The position numbers and the translations under genes are program-made. From positions 314,960,001 to 315,024,000 of the forward strand of contig OZ024741.1 of NCBI GenBank assembly GCA_964016885.1: a stretch of 64,000 nucleotides of DNA, given 5' to 3'. This DNA comes from Eledone cirrhosa (lineage: Eukaryota). Of this stretch, positions 39,802-52,743 are shown in pieces. Position 1 is the stretch's first letter. Each line of letters begins with the position of its first letter. The notes beneath the pieces are model-generated. The model saw nothing but the letters and a program-made list of their open reading frames with translations, was not told the DNA's origin and did no database searches.

Positions 39802-42800
39802 TTGAGAGTTGGCTGTTTGAATGCGCGTGGCCTGGGCTCAGCTTGGAAGCAAGCAAAGCTTCTAAGTGACCTCAGGTCACGAAGTATAGATGTGATGGTT
39901 GTTTGCGAGAGTCAGATCAGCAGCGTGCGACAGCTGGCTCCCGCCTTCGATGACTTTGAGATGCACGCATCTCTCTGTCAACCCGGAGGCGGGGGTGGGG
40001 TTGCTGTACTGCTGGATAAACGTCTGGCTCTCGACGTACAGATTGTTCACTCGGACCCGGGGGGTCGATTACTGGTGCTGGACGTCGGAGGCGGTGAAGG
40101 CGGGGCTTTCAGACTGGTCGGTCTTTATGCCCCCTTCGGGGCTGAAAGAGCCGACTTCTTCCAGCGTCTGGAGACTTTTCTAGGAACGTCGCGTTCCCTG
40201 CTTTTAGTGGGGGACTGGAATGGAATCCTAGATGCGCGTTGGGACTATGCAGGGGCATGTCCCGATAGAGGGGGGTGTAGCAGCCTCAAGGTGTTACTCC
40301 ATCGATTCGACCTGGTCGATAGATTTCGACTAGATTTTCCAACTGTGCCAACCTGGACCTGGACAAACCGCAGTGGTCAATCTAGATCGTACCTAGATAG
40401 GTTTCTGGTTAGGTGTAAGGATAGGGACGTATTTAGTTGTTCAGAATTGCTCATGGTTGGCTATTCAGATAACAAATTAGTGACCTGCGTGGTCAACCTT
40501 GATAGAAAGCATAGACAGGGTCCCGGTTACTGGAAGATGAACTTGTCCTTGCCGGCAAAGGAAGCTTACAGGAACCGGATTAGTAGCTTAGTTAAGATGC
40601 GGTTGACGGGAGCGATCGTCAACAGCAGGTGGTGGGTATCTCTAAAGAGAGAGATTAAAGTAAGTTCGATAGGTTACAGTAAGGAACTAGCGGCGAATAG
40701 AAATAGGAGGGAAAGGGAGTTAACAGATAAACTAGAAGAGGCGATTAGGAGCGGAGACGTGGCCAGAGTGTTAGCGTCGAGAACGGCGTTGAGCCAGTTC
40801 TTTGACGCGAAGCACGAAGGCTGCGTTGTCCGAAGTAAAATACGTGCTTTAGGAAACGAGGGGACCAAAACTGTTAGCTGGGCCCGCGTGACAGAAGCCA
40901 AGAGTGGGATTAAATCCACCATTCGGTCTTTACGAGACCAGGATGGACGGGTGATCCTTGAACCTGAGCGGATGTGCGAGGCCTTTCAAAGGCACTTTGC
41001 TCGACTGTTCGGAGGGGGCGGGGGGCCGGACGGGGATGTGGACTTCGGTCCATACCTCGACGGTCTACCGCGTCTTTCGAGCGGCGAAGCGGAGTGCTGC
41101 GAAAGGCCAATCACAGCCACTGAAATCGGTGAAGCGCTCAGCCAATGCAGCAGACGCAAATCTCCGGGTCTCGTTGGTCTGTCTACCATACGAACTTTAT
41201 TTAGCTATGCCGGTCTTGTTCTCCGAACTCCTCGAGGCTGTCTATTGCAACAGGCAACAGAACGGGAGAATTCCCTGTTCTGTGACCAAGGGCGTAGTCA
41301 CGCTAGTGAGGAAGGACGAGAGCAAGGGGGACGACTTAAGTAACTTTAGGCCCATAACTCTGCTAAATGCAGAGTTACAGATTTTGGCCAAGGTGTTGGC
41401 GAAGAGGTTGGCGCATGTGGTGGGTGATTTGGTGGGAGCCGCGCAGACATGCGCTATCCCGTCCAGATCCATTCACGACAACCTCCACCTCATGCGATAC
41501 ATCGTAGAGAGGGTTGGGACCGAACCCGGCTTTGGTGGGGCCCTGATCATCTTAGATCAATCTAAGGCGTTCGATAGGGTCGACCATGGTTACCTGGATG
41601 CGGTGCTAGCGGCGGCGAGCTTCGGATCCGTTTTCAGGGGCTGGATTTCTGCCATGCACAGTGGCAACGTCTGCTCTAGGGTTAAAGTAAACGGCTACCT
41701 CTCGGAGCCGTTTCAAATCACCCGGTCCATCAGGCAGGGGTGCCCCCTCTCCTCCCTTCTGTACGTATTGGCTCTCGAGCCACTGCTGCGGAAGTTGGAG
41801 TTGCTGCGGGGCATACCCCTGGAACCGGGATTGCACAAAGCGGTCTCGGCCTATGCCGACGACGTAACAGTAATGGTGGCGGACGCCTCGGAAATCGGGG
41901 CGATGGCCACCCTACTGGAGGAATACGAAAGGCTGACGGGGGCTAGGCTGAACCGGGACAAGTCAGTCGGTTTGCAACTCGGAACGTGGAGGGGCAAACC
42001 GATGCCGTTAGACGGTGTCGTCGGGCGGTGGACGGAGGGCCCGGTGTAGCTGCTCGGGGTCTGGTTCGGACCGGACCTCCAGGTGGAGAAGAATTGGGGC
42101 GAGGTGACGAGCAGGGTGTTTGCACTGACCCAGAAGTGGGCCAAGTGCAAACTATCACTGAAAGGTCGGGCGGAGGTGACGAACGCTTACATAGCGTCCG
42201 TCATCTACTACCTCCTGACCGTCGTGCCTTGCCCCAAGGAAACGCTCACCATCATGGAGCGCATGCTCTTCCAGTTCCTCTGGAAGAAGCGGCCTCCCAT
42301 GGTGAGGAGATCCATCTGCTGCCAGCACCCTTCGAAAGGAGGGCTGGGTATGCCGTGGCTGTTGATGCGTAGGCACGCATTGAGGCTACGGCATCTACAG
42401 GTATTCCTCACCGGTCAGCCGGTGTGGGCCCCGTTTGTGAGGCGAGCCTTCCCATAGCTCGTCTCGCTCACCGAGCTGCAATCCTGGGTGAAGCAAAGAC
42501 CGAGAAAACTGGGCAACTGGCACACTGAGTGTGCCCAGGCGCTCACGGCTCTCTGGCAAGCGGACCCGACTATCAGTGGAGAATCCACCTCGACATTCTA
42601 TAGAGGGCTGGTGGCTAGCAGGAGCGACGACACCCTTGGAGAGTCGCTAGGCATGGAGGAGGACGAACTGGCCAGCCTGTTCGGTAGAACTTTCGGCCCG
42701 GGACCCATGGACAACTTCCAGAGGTCCCTAGCCTGGCAGTGCTACCGGGGGGCTGTGCCCGTTCGAGAAAAGCTCTACAGATACGGGCGCCCGATCAGGG

Positions 42801-43234
42801 ATCCCGCGAAAAAGATCTGTCCCAGATGCGTGCGCGACGAGGAAACCGTTGCGCACGCACTAGTACACTGCCCGGACGTTGCCAATCTGTGGGGCTACGT
42901 CGAACGACTGCTGTCGCGTGTGGCGCCGATTCGATTGGCCGCCGAGTCTGTGGTGAACATCAAGCCCCCTCCTCCCTTCAGAAATGAAGCAGAGGCGGTC
43001 TTTCTGTGCGTAATAGCCATGATGAAAGAGGTTGTGTGGTGGACGCGCCTGAAAGGTCTGAGGTCGGGTGACTTTCTCTCCGGCCAACACCTGGTTTACT
43101 TCTTCCGATACCACTTCGGAAGAAGGATCAGGATGGAGAGAGAAGTGCTTGGCCCCAGACAGTTTTATGAAAGGTGGGTGAAAGAAGCGAGAATGGCTCG
43201 TGTAAATGGGCCTTCTCTCTACATTGTTCTGTAG
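39802..43234 (+). pseudogene. Tx1 ORF2 (APE + RT + zf-RVT), one frameshift and two in-frame stops
   Basis: GCLNARGL, LVGDWNG, SYLDRF, GYWKMN, FRPITLLN, LDQSKAFDRVDH, RQGCPLS, AYADDV, GGLGMP, CPRC..ETVAHALVHC; frameshift near 41180; TAG at 42047 and 42455. Confidence 0.93.
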
Positions 43235-43480
43235 GTGAAGAAGTGAAGAGGAAAGGGGGAGCGCCTCGTCTCTGGGCTTCCCCCGCGAAAAGGGTTGCAC
43301 ACTTTTCGGGGGTATGTGCAATCCCCAACACGCCCCCTCCCTTTTGAGGACTTTTTATTATTATATTATTCTTATTGTTATGCCTTTTTCTTTACTCGCA
43401 TTTATGTAAACTTCCCCCTGTGTATTTGTCCCTTTCTCTTGTGCCCTAGTGGCAAATAAAGAAATCTATCTATCTATCTA

Positions 43481-43600
43481 TATTTTATTTAATTTTAATA
43501 TCTTGTTATTGCCTCCTCCTTATTGAGGACGCCTTTTTATGTAAACTCCCCCCATTGTACTTGTCCCATTTTTGATGCTCTGGTGGCAAATAAAAAGAAA
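43481..43600 (+). mobile_element. Severely 5'-truncated Tx1-family 3' end #2
   Basis: TTTATGTAAACTCCCC..TTGTCCC..GTGGCAAATAAAAAGAAA, then (TCTA)n. Confidence 0.8.
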
Positions 43601-43654
43601 GTTATCTATATATCTATCTATCTACCTATCTACCTATCTATCTATATGTCTGTC

Positions 43655-43765
43655 CTTATATATTTTATTGTTATTTATTAATGTTAAAGTCATTTTTATG
43701 TAAAACCCCCGCTTTCACATCTTGTAATGTTCCACTTTTGTACGCCCCTGTAGCAAATAAAGAAA
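43655..43765 (+). mobile_element. Severely 5'-truncated Tx1-family 3' end #3
   Basis: TTTATGTAAAACCCCC..GCCCCTGTAGCAAATAAAGAAA, then (TCTA)n. Confidence 0.75.
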
Positions 43766-45149
43766 GATATCTATCTACCTATCTATCTATCTATTTATAT
43801 GTCTGTCCTGTCAGCCCATGCTTCTTTCCATCTATTCGTCCGTCTATCCATCCATCCATCCGGCTTTTTAGCGTATTGTTTATTGTCAATTATGTGCGTT
43901 GACGCTGTTAAATTAAATTTACGTAAATTCCAAAAAAAATGCAAGGCACACAATGATTCGAAAAATCATACTGAGAGATTAATCTGATGTCTGTTAATAA
44001 ATGCAGAAATATCTTCCATCTTTACTGATTTTTAAAAAGTAGGAAACATTGGTCGATAGACTACAATAGGCACGACGAGCTAAAAAAAACATTGTTTTGT
44101 AATCTTCTCTACGTATGCTCACTTCTTATTTTTTCATTTCTTTCTCTTCACTTATTTTGACTTTCACTTTTCCTATTTTTCTTTTTCTTACCCATCTCTC
44201 CTTTTTTAACATCATGCCTTCTCGTAGTCTTTGAGAGACTACTTCATTGATTGCCTTGCAAACTTGTAATTAACTACTTAGAATAAGCATGACATCTTCA
44301 GCTAAATCTGTATATATCTGTCAATAAATCACATAAGAGAGACGAAATGTGGCTCGAGATCAGTGAAATAAAATATCTTGTGCTGGTACCATTTGAAATA
44401 GTATATCTCTTTATACATTTTTGTGGGTTGCTCAGATGTCTAGCCACCCTATGTAAGACCCGAATGTTATTATTGGGTACAATTAACGTATTTCACATGA
44501 TTAAACATTTTTGGACAAAGGTTTCAGTGTGAGAATAACATGAGAGCTTGCCGTGTTCCTCTCAGGATCATCTTCTACTTCCACTGACTTCATAGATCCA
44601 CTGACTTTCAAGGAGGGCAAAGATAAAATATCTCCCATTGGATATTTTTAGCTAGACAAACCAGAACTATACAATGTACGTCACCTTTTGGAAGACTATA
44701 TTTTCTGATAGGGCTTTCTTTTGACTCATGTTTTCTTTCAATCATTACAGGCTTTCGATAGAAGAATGTAGTCTACTACAGTTTTCCAGCGGGCTGATCT
44801 ACAGATATCAAAGGAAGGGTTAATTGCAACTCAAATATGTCGCATTTCTCTTTCTATATTTATAATATTAATAATGGAAACTATCAAAAATTCAAATTTA
44901 TTAAACAATAATAAAAAAGCTGAGGATCAGATTCTCACATTTTTTTCTTTAAAAATTATCAAAATCAGAGAGAAATCACACATGACACTCTCGTCTGAAT
45001 TTCTTTTTTGATGTTCAAGTTGAACATCTGTAAATCACTGTTAAAACATGAGCCGGGATATAAAACTAGACGGGCATTGTTCTGGACAGGAGGGATTATA
45101 GGAATCATTAAATTGGGAGAGAATAATATTAAGAAGAAAAGTATGTGAG

Positions 45150-45800
45150 TTGGCTAGGATACGATGAATACGCATAAGGTGAAAAAGTTATGCAAATATC
45201 TACAGCAGAGCAACAGATCATTATACATGTGATGTAAACAGAACGAAGAATAACAGACGGCAAGTCTATGACTGTCCTTTCTGATTTGCTTAATAATGAT
45301 TGTGTGTAGCAGTAGCATTGTTGTGTAGATTTGAGCTGTAGTCTAATGTGGGTTTAAGTTGAACCTTGTAGAGTGTTAGAAATTGATCGGGATTGATGTA
45401 TTTTCTGGCTCTATATAGGGAATTTAATGTGTGTGAAACAATTTGTTCATGTGTTATTTCTTAGGTTTCATCAGATATTCCAATATTTGTATCAATGTTG
45501 AAAGTCTTAAGTGTATGTTAATCATAATTAGAGAGTACAAGGTACGACATTATGTAACAGTTGTATGTAATGACAATTGTTTCTTTTGGAGAACGTTATC
45601 TTCTTCATATTGACAGATGTTCTTAAAACCATGACTCACTTTATGTTGGTGTGAATTATTGGTATTGTGTACAAGTGACACATGTATGTGACAATCTAAG
45701 CAGGAGTAGAATGTAGCAAATGTTGAGTTGCAGAGTGCCTCATTAGAGGCAATTAAAATGTAGAGCATCAAGGAATGGGTAAATGCGGGAGACACTAATG
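45150..45800 (-). pseudogene. Old CR1/L2/Jockey-group LINE RT C-terminal remnant
   Basis: Minus strand near 45300-45420 reads LYRARKYINPDQFLTLYKVQLKPTLDYSS, like the LLTLYK..RP.LEY motif. Confidence 0.55.
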
Positions 45801-46536
45801 AAACGTGAAGAACACAATATTTGATAAAGTGTCACTTATGAGAGGGCATACATTATTAAGTCTACAATTATGTTATTGATTAAGCATTTATGTGGGTAAA
45901 GATGTGAAGAGTTATTTGAATTAGATATATGAGTGCTGCAATTGCTATTAATATTTCTAGATAATAATGTATTATGAGAGTGGTTACTAGTAGTAGGTAC
46001 AATATTGTTAAGTGTATCTACTGGTTGTGAATTGTTATTTAAGTTACAAGAAATAAAATATTTATTAAATTTCTTATTATTACTACGCGCTATGTGATTA
46101 GCAATGTTTGGTGTTGTTGAATAAATATTTTAATTGTATTTTTATTAATTAAATAATAGTATTTGAGTTTAAGTGGGAATATTTATTCAATAATAGAGAA
46201 GAATATGTATATTAGTAGATACATTTAAGTTGGAAGGTGGATTAAAATATGAATTAAGCCATCTTCTATTATTTTTATTTTTGTTACTAATAAGTATACT
46301 TAAAGTGATTAAGATTAAAACTATTTTGATTATTACCTTCAGTTTTATATTTAGTATTATAGATGTTAGGTTTAGTGTTATTACTATCCTCTTTATTCAC
46401 AATATTTTTCTTATCATTAAGATGTTTTTGTTATAGAGAAAATGGCCGTTAGGAGGAATTGTAGAATGGTGCCTGTCATTATGTAATCTACTGTTTCCAT
46501 TAATAATATTGTTATCGTTATTATTTATAGGTCTGT

Positions 46537-46932
46537 TCATAGCCATATTATGTGAAATAATATTAGGTTGTTTATCGTAGTAAGCAAAGGAGTTTTCAAG
46601 CATAAACTCAATTTTATGTTTATAGCCAGAACGTGATAAAGCTTCATTATAATAATCTGTATTTGGTTAAAGATAGATTCATTATAGGATAAATTACTAA
46701 TTATATTTGATACAGCTTTAATAATTGGATTTAAAACAGTTCTGGGGTGGTTAGAATTGGTATCAACGTAAAATAGTTTTTCATTAGATTTAAGGGAAAG
46801 TGTAAATGTTTTCGTATCTAAGCATAGGGTAACGTCAGGAAAATTAACAGTTTTGGTGTTCTTATCCAAAGTAATACTTCTAAAGAATCTATGTAGTTCT
46901 TTCCTAGTTCTTTGAAAGCTATCAAAGTTATG
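46537..46932 (-). pseudogene. Penelope-like RT C-terminal fragment
   Basis: SITLDKNTKTVNFPDVTLCL..LFYVDTNSNHPRTVL..ISNLSYNESIFN matches PLE motifs (FLDV, SNHP). Confidence 0.8.
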
Positions 46933-46981
46933 TATGTATATATATATGTACACCCCCCCCCCCTACACACACACACACACC

Positions 46982-47043
<62 letters not shown>

Positions 47044-47059
47044 GTTATCTCTCTATATG

Positions 47060-47310
47060 GATGAATACAATAAATGTAATTTGAGTTTTCGAATATTAAT
47101 AATTGTTTCTATTTTAGGCACAAGGCCAGCAATTGCCCAGTACATTACTGGTACTTTATTTTATCGACCCCGTAATATTAATAATGATATTCGATTCATT
47201 TACAATTATGCAAACGGACTCTTTTCAGCCATGTCAGTAGAATGATCCCCTTATTTTTGTTCTTGTGTTGGCATGAATATGGCAAAGCCGCCCATTAATC
47301 GCTAGTATAC
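47060..47310. mobile_element. Diverged copy of the 3343-3975 element interrupted by a SINE 3' fragment (47100-47173, minus)
   Basis: Shares GAATACAATAAATGTAA..TTTTCGAATATTAATAA, AGCCATGTCAGTAGAATGA and GGCAAAGCCG..GTATAC..AAACTGACT. Confidence 0.7.
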
Positions 47311-48970
47311 TAAAACTGACTTACACCCACAAGCCAAGAAGCATAGCCTTCGCTGCTGGTCACACCCAGCACCAGCGACTTTCCTTCTGGGTCCAGGAAG
47401 ATGGTCCGTATCACGAGATCCCGACCTGTCTGAAATAACACAGTAACTTCGCCTCCTGTTCGCGGTCGGCTTGGAGATGCGTACACATCGTAACCACCGA
47501 AGATGAGTGCAAAGGCATGTGCCTCGGAATTCTGGTCTTGCTGATGGGCACCACATCTATTTTCATTGGCCTGAGGTCATTGAGCATGCTTCCAGGACGA
47601 ACCCAGGCCACGTGTATTTATGTCACTTATTCTGAGTAAGGTGATGTTGAAAAGGAGTGGCAAAAGATGGAAAAGTCCACTTGCCTCAGTTCTTGTGGGG
47701 GAAGGATGGTTTTTCCGCCCTTCTCACTGCGTGTGGCCCCCTCCAGAAGGATGTCTTTATATATTATCCTGGAATGTGTTTGTCGGAAATCTCCGATGAC
47801 TTTGGTGAATTTGATTTGTGGTGGTGGTGTTGGTCTTACTACTGTTGTTGCTACAGTTGCTGCTGTCGTTGCTACTAGAGTTGCTGTTGCCATTTCTGCT
47901 GCTGATTTTGTTTATCGAGCCAGTAGGATGGCCGGAGAGTTGGCCTTAATTTTTTAGTCATCCCCTGAGGGCAGAATGCCTTTATGTGGGTTCCCTCGCC
48001 ACAAACGACACACCTAGGCCTTCTACTTTCAACAATTATAGTGAGGTGTTCGCCTTCATCGAGGTCTATGACCTCTGGAATTTCTTGGATGTTCTTCTGG
48101 TCCGTTTGGATCAGCAGCTCCATTCCATATCCGGACCATTTCTCCTGTTTTTATCTGATCACTTCAATCACTTTGTGTCGGCCTCGATGTCGGCGAGGAC
48201 GGCAGCCATCAGCCAGGGAATTTCAATGGCCGACAAAACCTGGGTCACCTTTACTCTTACGAGCCTTTGCCCATAGTAGATTGGGCTGATTGTGAACTCG
48301 TCACTTTTTGGTGGGACCATGGAGTGCTCTCTGACTTCCTGTGGGGTTCCAAAGAACACGCTCACGCTCCCATATCTTTGTCCATGTCTGAAGTGGGTTT
48401 TTTGAGCCCACACATGTCCTAAAGCATTTTGTATCTGGGATTCGGATGCCCGTTCCACTCGGCGTGTTTTATATTAATCGTGTGGAATGATACAGAACAT
48501 AGGCGGCGATGCTGCATGGTATTTGATGGGGGAGTGAGGCTGACACTGTTGCCACTTTTTTCACCATTCGCTTGGACTTATTCATTTCTTCCTGGCTTAC
48601 CTCAATCGTCTTGTTCGCCACTTTAGTAAAAGTCACGTCTGTTTTCGCGCTGGTGTTGGTGTTGTTGTTGTTATTCTTATTGTTGCTTTTGCTGTTATTG
48701 TTATTTTTGTTATTATTTTTGTTTTAGTTGTTGTTGTGGTGGTGGTGGTCGTGGTGTCTGTTCGACGTGGAAGAATCAATTGTGGGAGAATGCATTTTCG
48801 TACACGAGATAATCTTTTTATTTCAGTTGTTGCTGCGGTTGTTGTAGTGGTGGTATCACTGGTGTTGGATGTACTCTTCGACATTGTGGTGGTGGAGATG
48901 ACGGCTTTAACACCTGTAGACATTGGCAAAGGCGGGAACTCTACGTCTGCACGTGGCAAAATTTGCGTAA
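47311..48970 (-). mobile_element. Decayed Tx1/L1-clade element (ORF1 plus start of APE)
   Basis: RYGSVSVFF, IIVESRRPRCVVCGEGTHIKAFCP (homologous to ORF1 at 38058); RGLGSSWK..LNDLRPMKIDVV matches the ORF2 N-terminus. Confidence 0.82.
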
Positions 48971-49049
48971 ATGTATTTTATATATTTTCCCAATGCAATC
49001 GTTGTTTACAATTTATTTCGACCCTAATGCATTATATTGACAGCTTCTG

Positions 49050-49262
49050 GTTGTGTGTGGTTTTTAAGTCTACCCCTATTGATGTGCCACATTTCGTGTG
49101 GTAGAATACGAGAGTTTCAAAGTGTCTGTTGAAGATCTTGCGTAATATATAGTCCCTGGGGAAGCATTTATCTAGTGCTCTAAAGAATGAACGGGTCATG
49201 CTGTTCTTTAGGGCCGCTGAGTAGGGTGGCTTGTACCACGTGATTTTTCTGCGTCTACTCCT
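49050..49262 (-). pseudogene. Penelope-like RT-EN linker fragment
   Basis: Minus strand RRRKITWYKPPYSAALKNSMTRSFFRALDKCFPRDYILRKIFNRH, frameshift, LKLSYS; compare PLE WFNPPYS..DKHFP..KIFNR..K.SYS. Confidence 0.8.
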
Positions 49263-49280
49263 ATGTGGGTTGGTTTATAT

Positions 49281-49316
<36 letters not shown>

Positions 49317-49317
<1 letters not shown>

Positions 49318-50450
49318 CGGCATGCCGAAGCTTCTCTATATCCTTCGCAGCGCTACGTGCTATACCCACGCATCTCTCCTTGCTGACCTCGAAAGTTGTA
49401 TCCGAGCGGCAGCCGAGGAGATATGCAACGTCAGGTTTGACGACATTGGATGGCAACAGGCCACTTTATCTGTCAGATATGGTGATTTTGGCCTCCGGTC
49501 CTCGATCTCCCTGGTTTTGCCGGCGTTTCTTTCATCGGTAAGCTCATACCGCTTCCTCATCAGCAGGGTTCTACAAAGCACAATGGAACACTCTGTGATC
49601 AGCGAACATGAGGTCGCCTGTGAGACGTGGGACCGACTGGGACTTAGCCCAGTAGACTCCCACCTCTTTCACTCCTGCTGACGTCAAGTCCTCCCAAAGT
49701 ATATGGGATGCCATCCAGTGCAGACTGACCTCACCAGGCTCACGCGCCAGCTCGACCATCACCGCCTTGCCTGTTTTCGTGCGGCCTCCAGACCCCACAG
49801 TGGTGCCTGGCTCCATACCTTGCCCTCCTTCTCCACTGGCACGCAGCTGGATAACAATAGCCAGCGCATCGACGTTTCCTTGAGGGTTGGGTCCTGATCT
49901 ACGAGCCACACCAATGTTGCTGTGGAACCACCATGGACTCTTTCGGCCTCCACTCGCTTTCCAGTCGCCACAGTGCCGACCGCCTTCCACGCCATGCTGC
50001 CCTCAACGAAGACATAAAGCATGGCTTGGACGCTTCAGGCTTTTCTTCCCAGCTCGAGCCGGTGGGGCTGGACTGATGGGATGGCAAATGGCCAGACGGC
50101 ATGACTGTCTTCCCGTCCCTCGGTGGCAAACCCTCGTCTGGGATGTCACTTGCATCGACACTTTCTCCAGCCGCAACCTGGTGCAGTCTGCGACTAACCC
50201 AGATTCTGCTCGCGTCGGGCTGAGCAGTACAAACTCTCCAAACACCGGTCGCTCTCCGACAGGTTTGCGGTCGTGCCCTTGGCACTGGAGTCTTCTGGTG
50301 TCCTCGGCTTTATGTTTAACTCCCTACTCACCACCATATGCGCGAGTTGGAATGGCTCTTCCAGTGCATCTCCCTGACCACCCTCCGGGGAAACGCCTCC
50401 TCCACTCTGTCCGCCGGGGCTGTGGGGAGGCGATCAATATGTTTATTTAA
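49317..50450 (+). mobile_element. 5'-truncated CRE-clade (RLE) non-LTR retrotransposon, decayed
   Basis: PKLLYILRS, WQQATLSVRYGDFGLR, SGAWLHTLP, DGKWPDGMTVFP..LVWDVTCIDT, RGNA; flanked by (AT)n. Confidence 0.8.
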
Positions 50451-50522
50451 CCTTTTTATATGTCGAGACTGAATTATGTTTTATTCTCCCCTTTATATAT
50501 ATATGTGTGTGTGTGCGTGTAA

Positions 50523-50660
50523 AGGCGCATGGCTTAGTGGTTAGAGCATTGGGGTGGCAATCAAAAGGTTTTGAGTTCAATTCTCGGACCCGGTGTTGTT
50601 TCCTTGAGCAAGACACTTTATTTCACGTTACTCCAGTTTACTCAGCTGTAGAAATGAGAT
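50523..50660 (+). mobile_element. tRNA-derived SINE
   Basis: A-box TGGCTTAGTGG; B-box GAGTTCAATTC; core TCCTTGAGCAAGACACTTTATTTCAC. Confidence 0.85.
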
Positions 50661-51149
50661 GATAGGACTGGGGTCCCTATCATTAAATTACTCAAGACAC
50701 CTCCAACGAGATATACCTTGGAAGAGGCCAGCTAAACCTGCATAGGTGTGAGCTGTCACACACACATATATATATATGTGTGTATGAATATGCATCAGTC
50801 GCAAATGAAACAACAAACTAAAAACTACTAATAACTCCATTTATACCTCACACTCAATAACAATACTATAAAATACAAAACAAAATATAACGAAAGAGAA
50901 GCAACTCCAATAAGCTAGAATACCACACTCCCCGCTACCACCACCAACACCACTCTTACCACAGGAACAGTTGAGAAAATTCTCATACACATCTTACAGC
51001 TTCAACCATCACATCACCTCAATAAACAATTGCAATGGCTATAACTATATTGTTGTTACAATGGTAATAATGATTTCTCCGATAGCTACCCAATGCACTA
51101 CCCGGCATTGCCGGGCAACATTCCAAGGACTATCAACTCCATCGGTCAC

Positions 51150-52680
51150 GCAAGCATGAATTGCGGGAAAACAAATAAAAATTAATACAGAACACCAAAT
51201 CGCTTGGCCTATGGTTAATCAGAAAGCGCGTCCCTCAGGAAGGTGCCAACTTCAGATGGAAAAGTCTTCCTCTGGCACAAACTCTTCTCCTAGAGTTCAC
51301 TTAAACGGAGATTGCCCCAACTCGAGCTCCCCCACCAAACCCACCACTAAAAAAAATGTAAAAGAATGAAATGGACCCGAGAAGAGTTTAAAGAAGTAAT
51401 ATACGCATATTACTATGCATTCGGTAAGCCATCACAAGGCAGATACACCGCAAACTCTCACAAAATTTGGAAAACACGAAATCAAGCTAGCAGACGTTAT
51501 CTGGATGAAAATAAGTTAGCAAATGTTAGGACGGATCTTTTCAGAAATAATATACTCACAGATACTGAAATAACTGCTATCAAGCGAGCTGTGGAGAATG
51601 ACATATATATAATTCATGAAAAAACTGAAGAATCTCCTGGAGATAGTAACTAGTCACAAGTCTTTATCGAAAGACAACCATCTGACCAAATCTCAAATAG
51701 GTTTGTAGGAGATGAAAAGTCCTATTGAACTTACTGAAAATAGCTAGGAATGGGGCAAAGAAACAGTACTTGAAGACCAAATTTTTTTTCTGAAGAACAC
51801 AGAGAGTCTATGAATTAATTGAAACAGAAAATACTGAATGAGCTTGCAGTTGTAAGACTAGTATAAATGATAGAGAATCACTTCAAAAACTACCAAATAC
51901 AATCCAAAACAAATAATGATTAGTAACTCTGTAACAAAAGAAATCATAGATGAATTAGGATCTGATCTTACTAGGTTAAATGAAATCATTTATGCATCTG
52001 CTAGAGTAATTGAAACAAGTTGTTTACCACCAAAAACCAAAGAAGTCTAACTTGAGAAGTAAACCAATTTGGAGATGTAGAATTGAAAAGGAGATTAATT
52101 TAATGAGAGGGTCAAATATCTTTACTGAATGAGCTAATCACTAGAAATGATGTAAGATCCAGGAAGGGAAGAAAGCTAAAGAGAAAATATGTACTTTCTT
52201 TCAGAAAAGTATTAATATCAACAAAGGACACTCTGAAGCAAAAAATAAAAACCCAACGAATTCGTAGATTCAAGAAGCGAAAGAACTTCTTCAGGCAAAG
52301 TAAATTGTTTACATCCAATGCGAAGTCATTTCATAGAGAAATAGGGAAGGAAAAAATAATTATTGAATACTTCCATTCCATAGAAGTTGAAAACTTTTGG
52401 AGAAAGATTTGGACTGATGAGAAGTCATATAATGCTAATGTAGATTGGAATAGTCGCTTGGAAAAATCCTACACAAATTTACAAGAACAAGCATGGGATG
52501 GCATCTCTAGAGCACACTTAAGGATGACACTCAATAAAGCTGATTTGGGGAAATCTCCTGGTAGAGATAGGGTGCCATATTTCTGGCTTTCCTAACTCCC
52601 GTGTATTCAAAATATATTAGTTAATCTGTTCAACGGAATAATGAAAGATAAAAAAACAACACTTGACTGGATAGCAAGTG

Positions 52681-52682
<2 letters not shown>
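51150..52682 (+). mobile_element. R4/Dong-like element D1, decayed and 3'-truncated
   Basis: MKWTREEFKEVIYAYY..NKLANVR; FHREIGK..FWRKIW..KSPGRDRVPYFW, homologous to D2; breaks off at W-I-A-S-G into (TAA)n. Confidence 0.82.

Positions 52683-52743
<61 letters not shown>
52682..52743. repeat. (TAA)n tract
   Basis: Seen directly. Confidence 0.98.

Larger units (their letters stand above)
37548..43464 (+). mobile_element. Tx1/L1-clade non-LTR retrotransposon, near full length
   Basis: 5' UTR, ORF1 with gag knuckle, ORF2 APE-RT-zinc finger, 3' end GCAAATAAAGAAA; (TCTA)n on both sides. Confidence 0.92.

Noticed and set aside
43900-45150. Non-repetitive-looking AT-rich segment as a host exon
   Set aside because: No convincing ORF or splice-bounded frame seen.
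50523-50595. tRNA gene (also 1136-1225 and 37680-37765)
   Set aside because: A/B boxes are present, but there is no cloverleaf and SINE body sequence follows.
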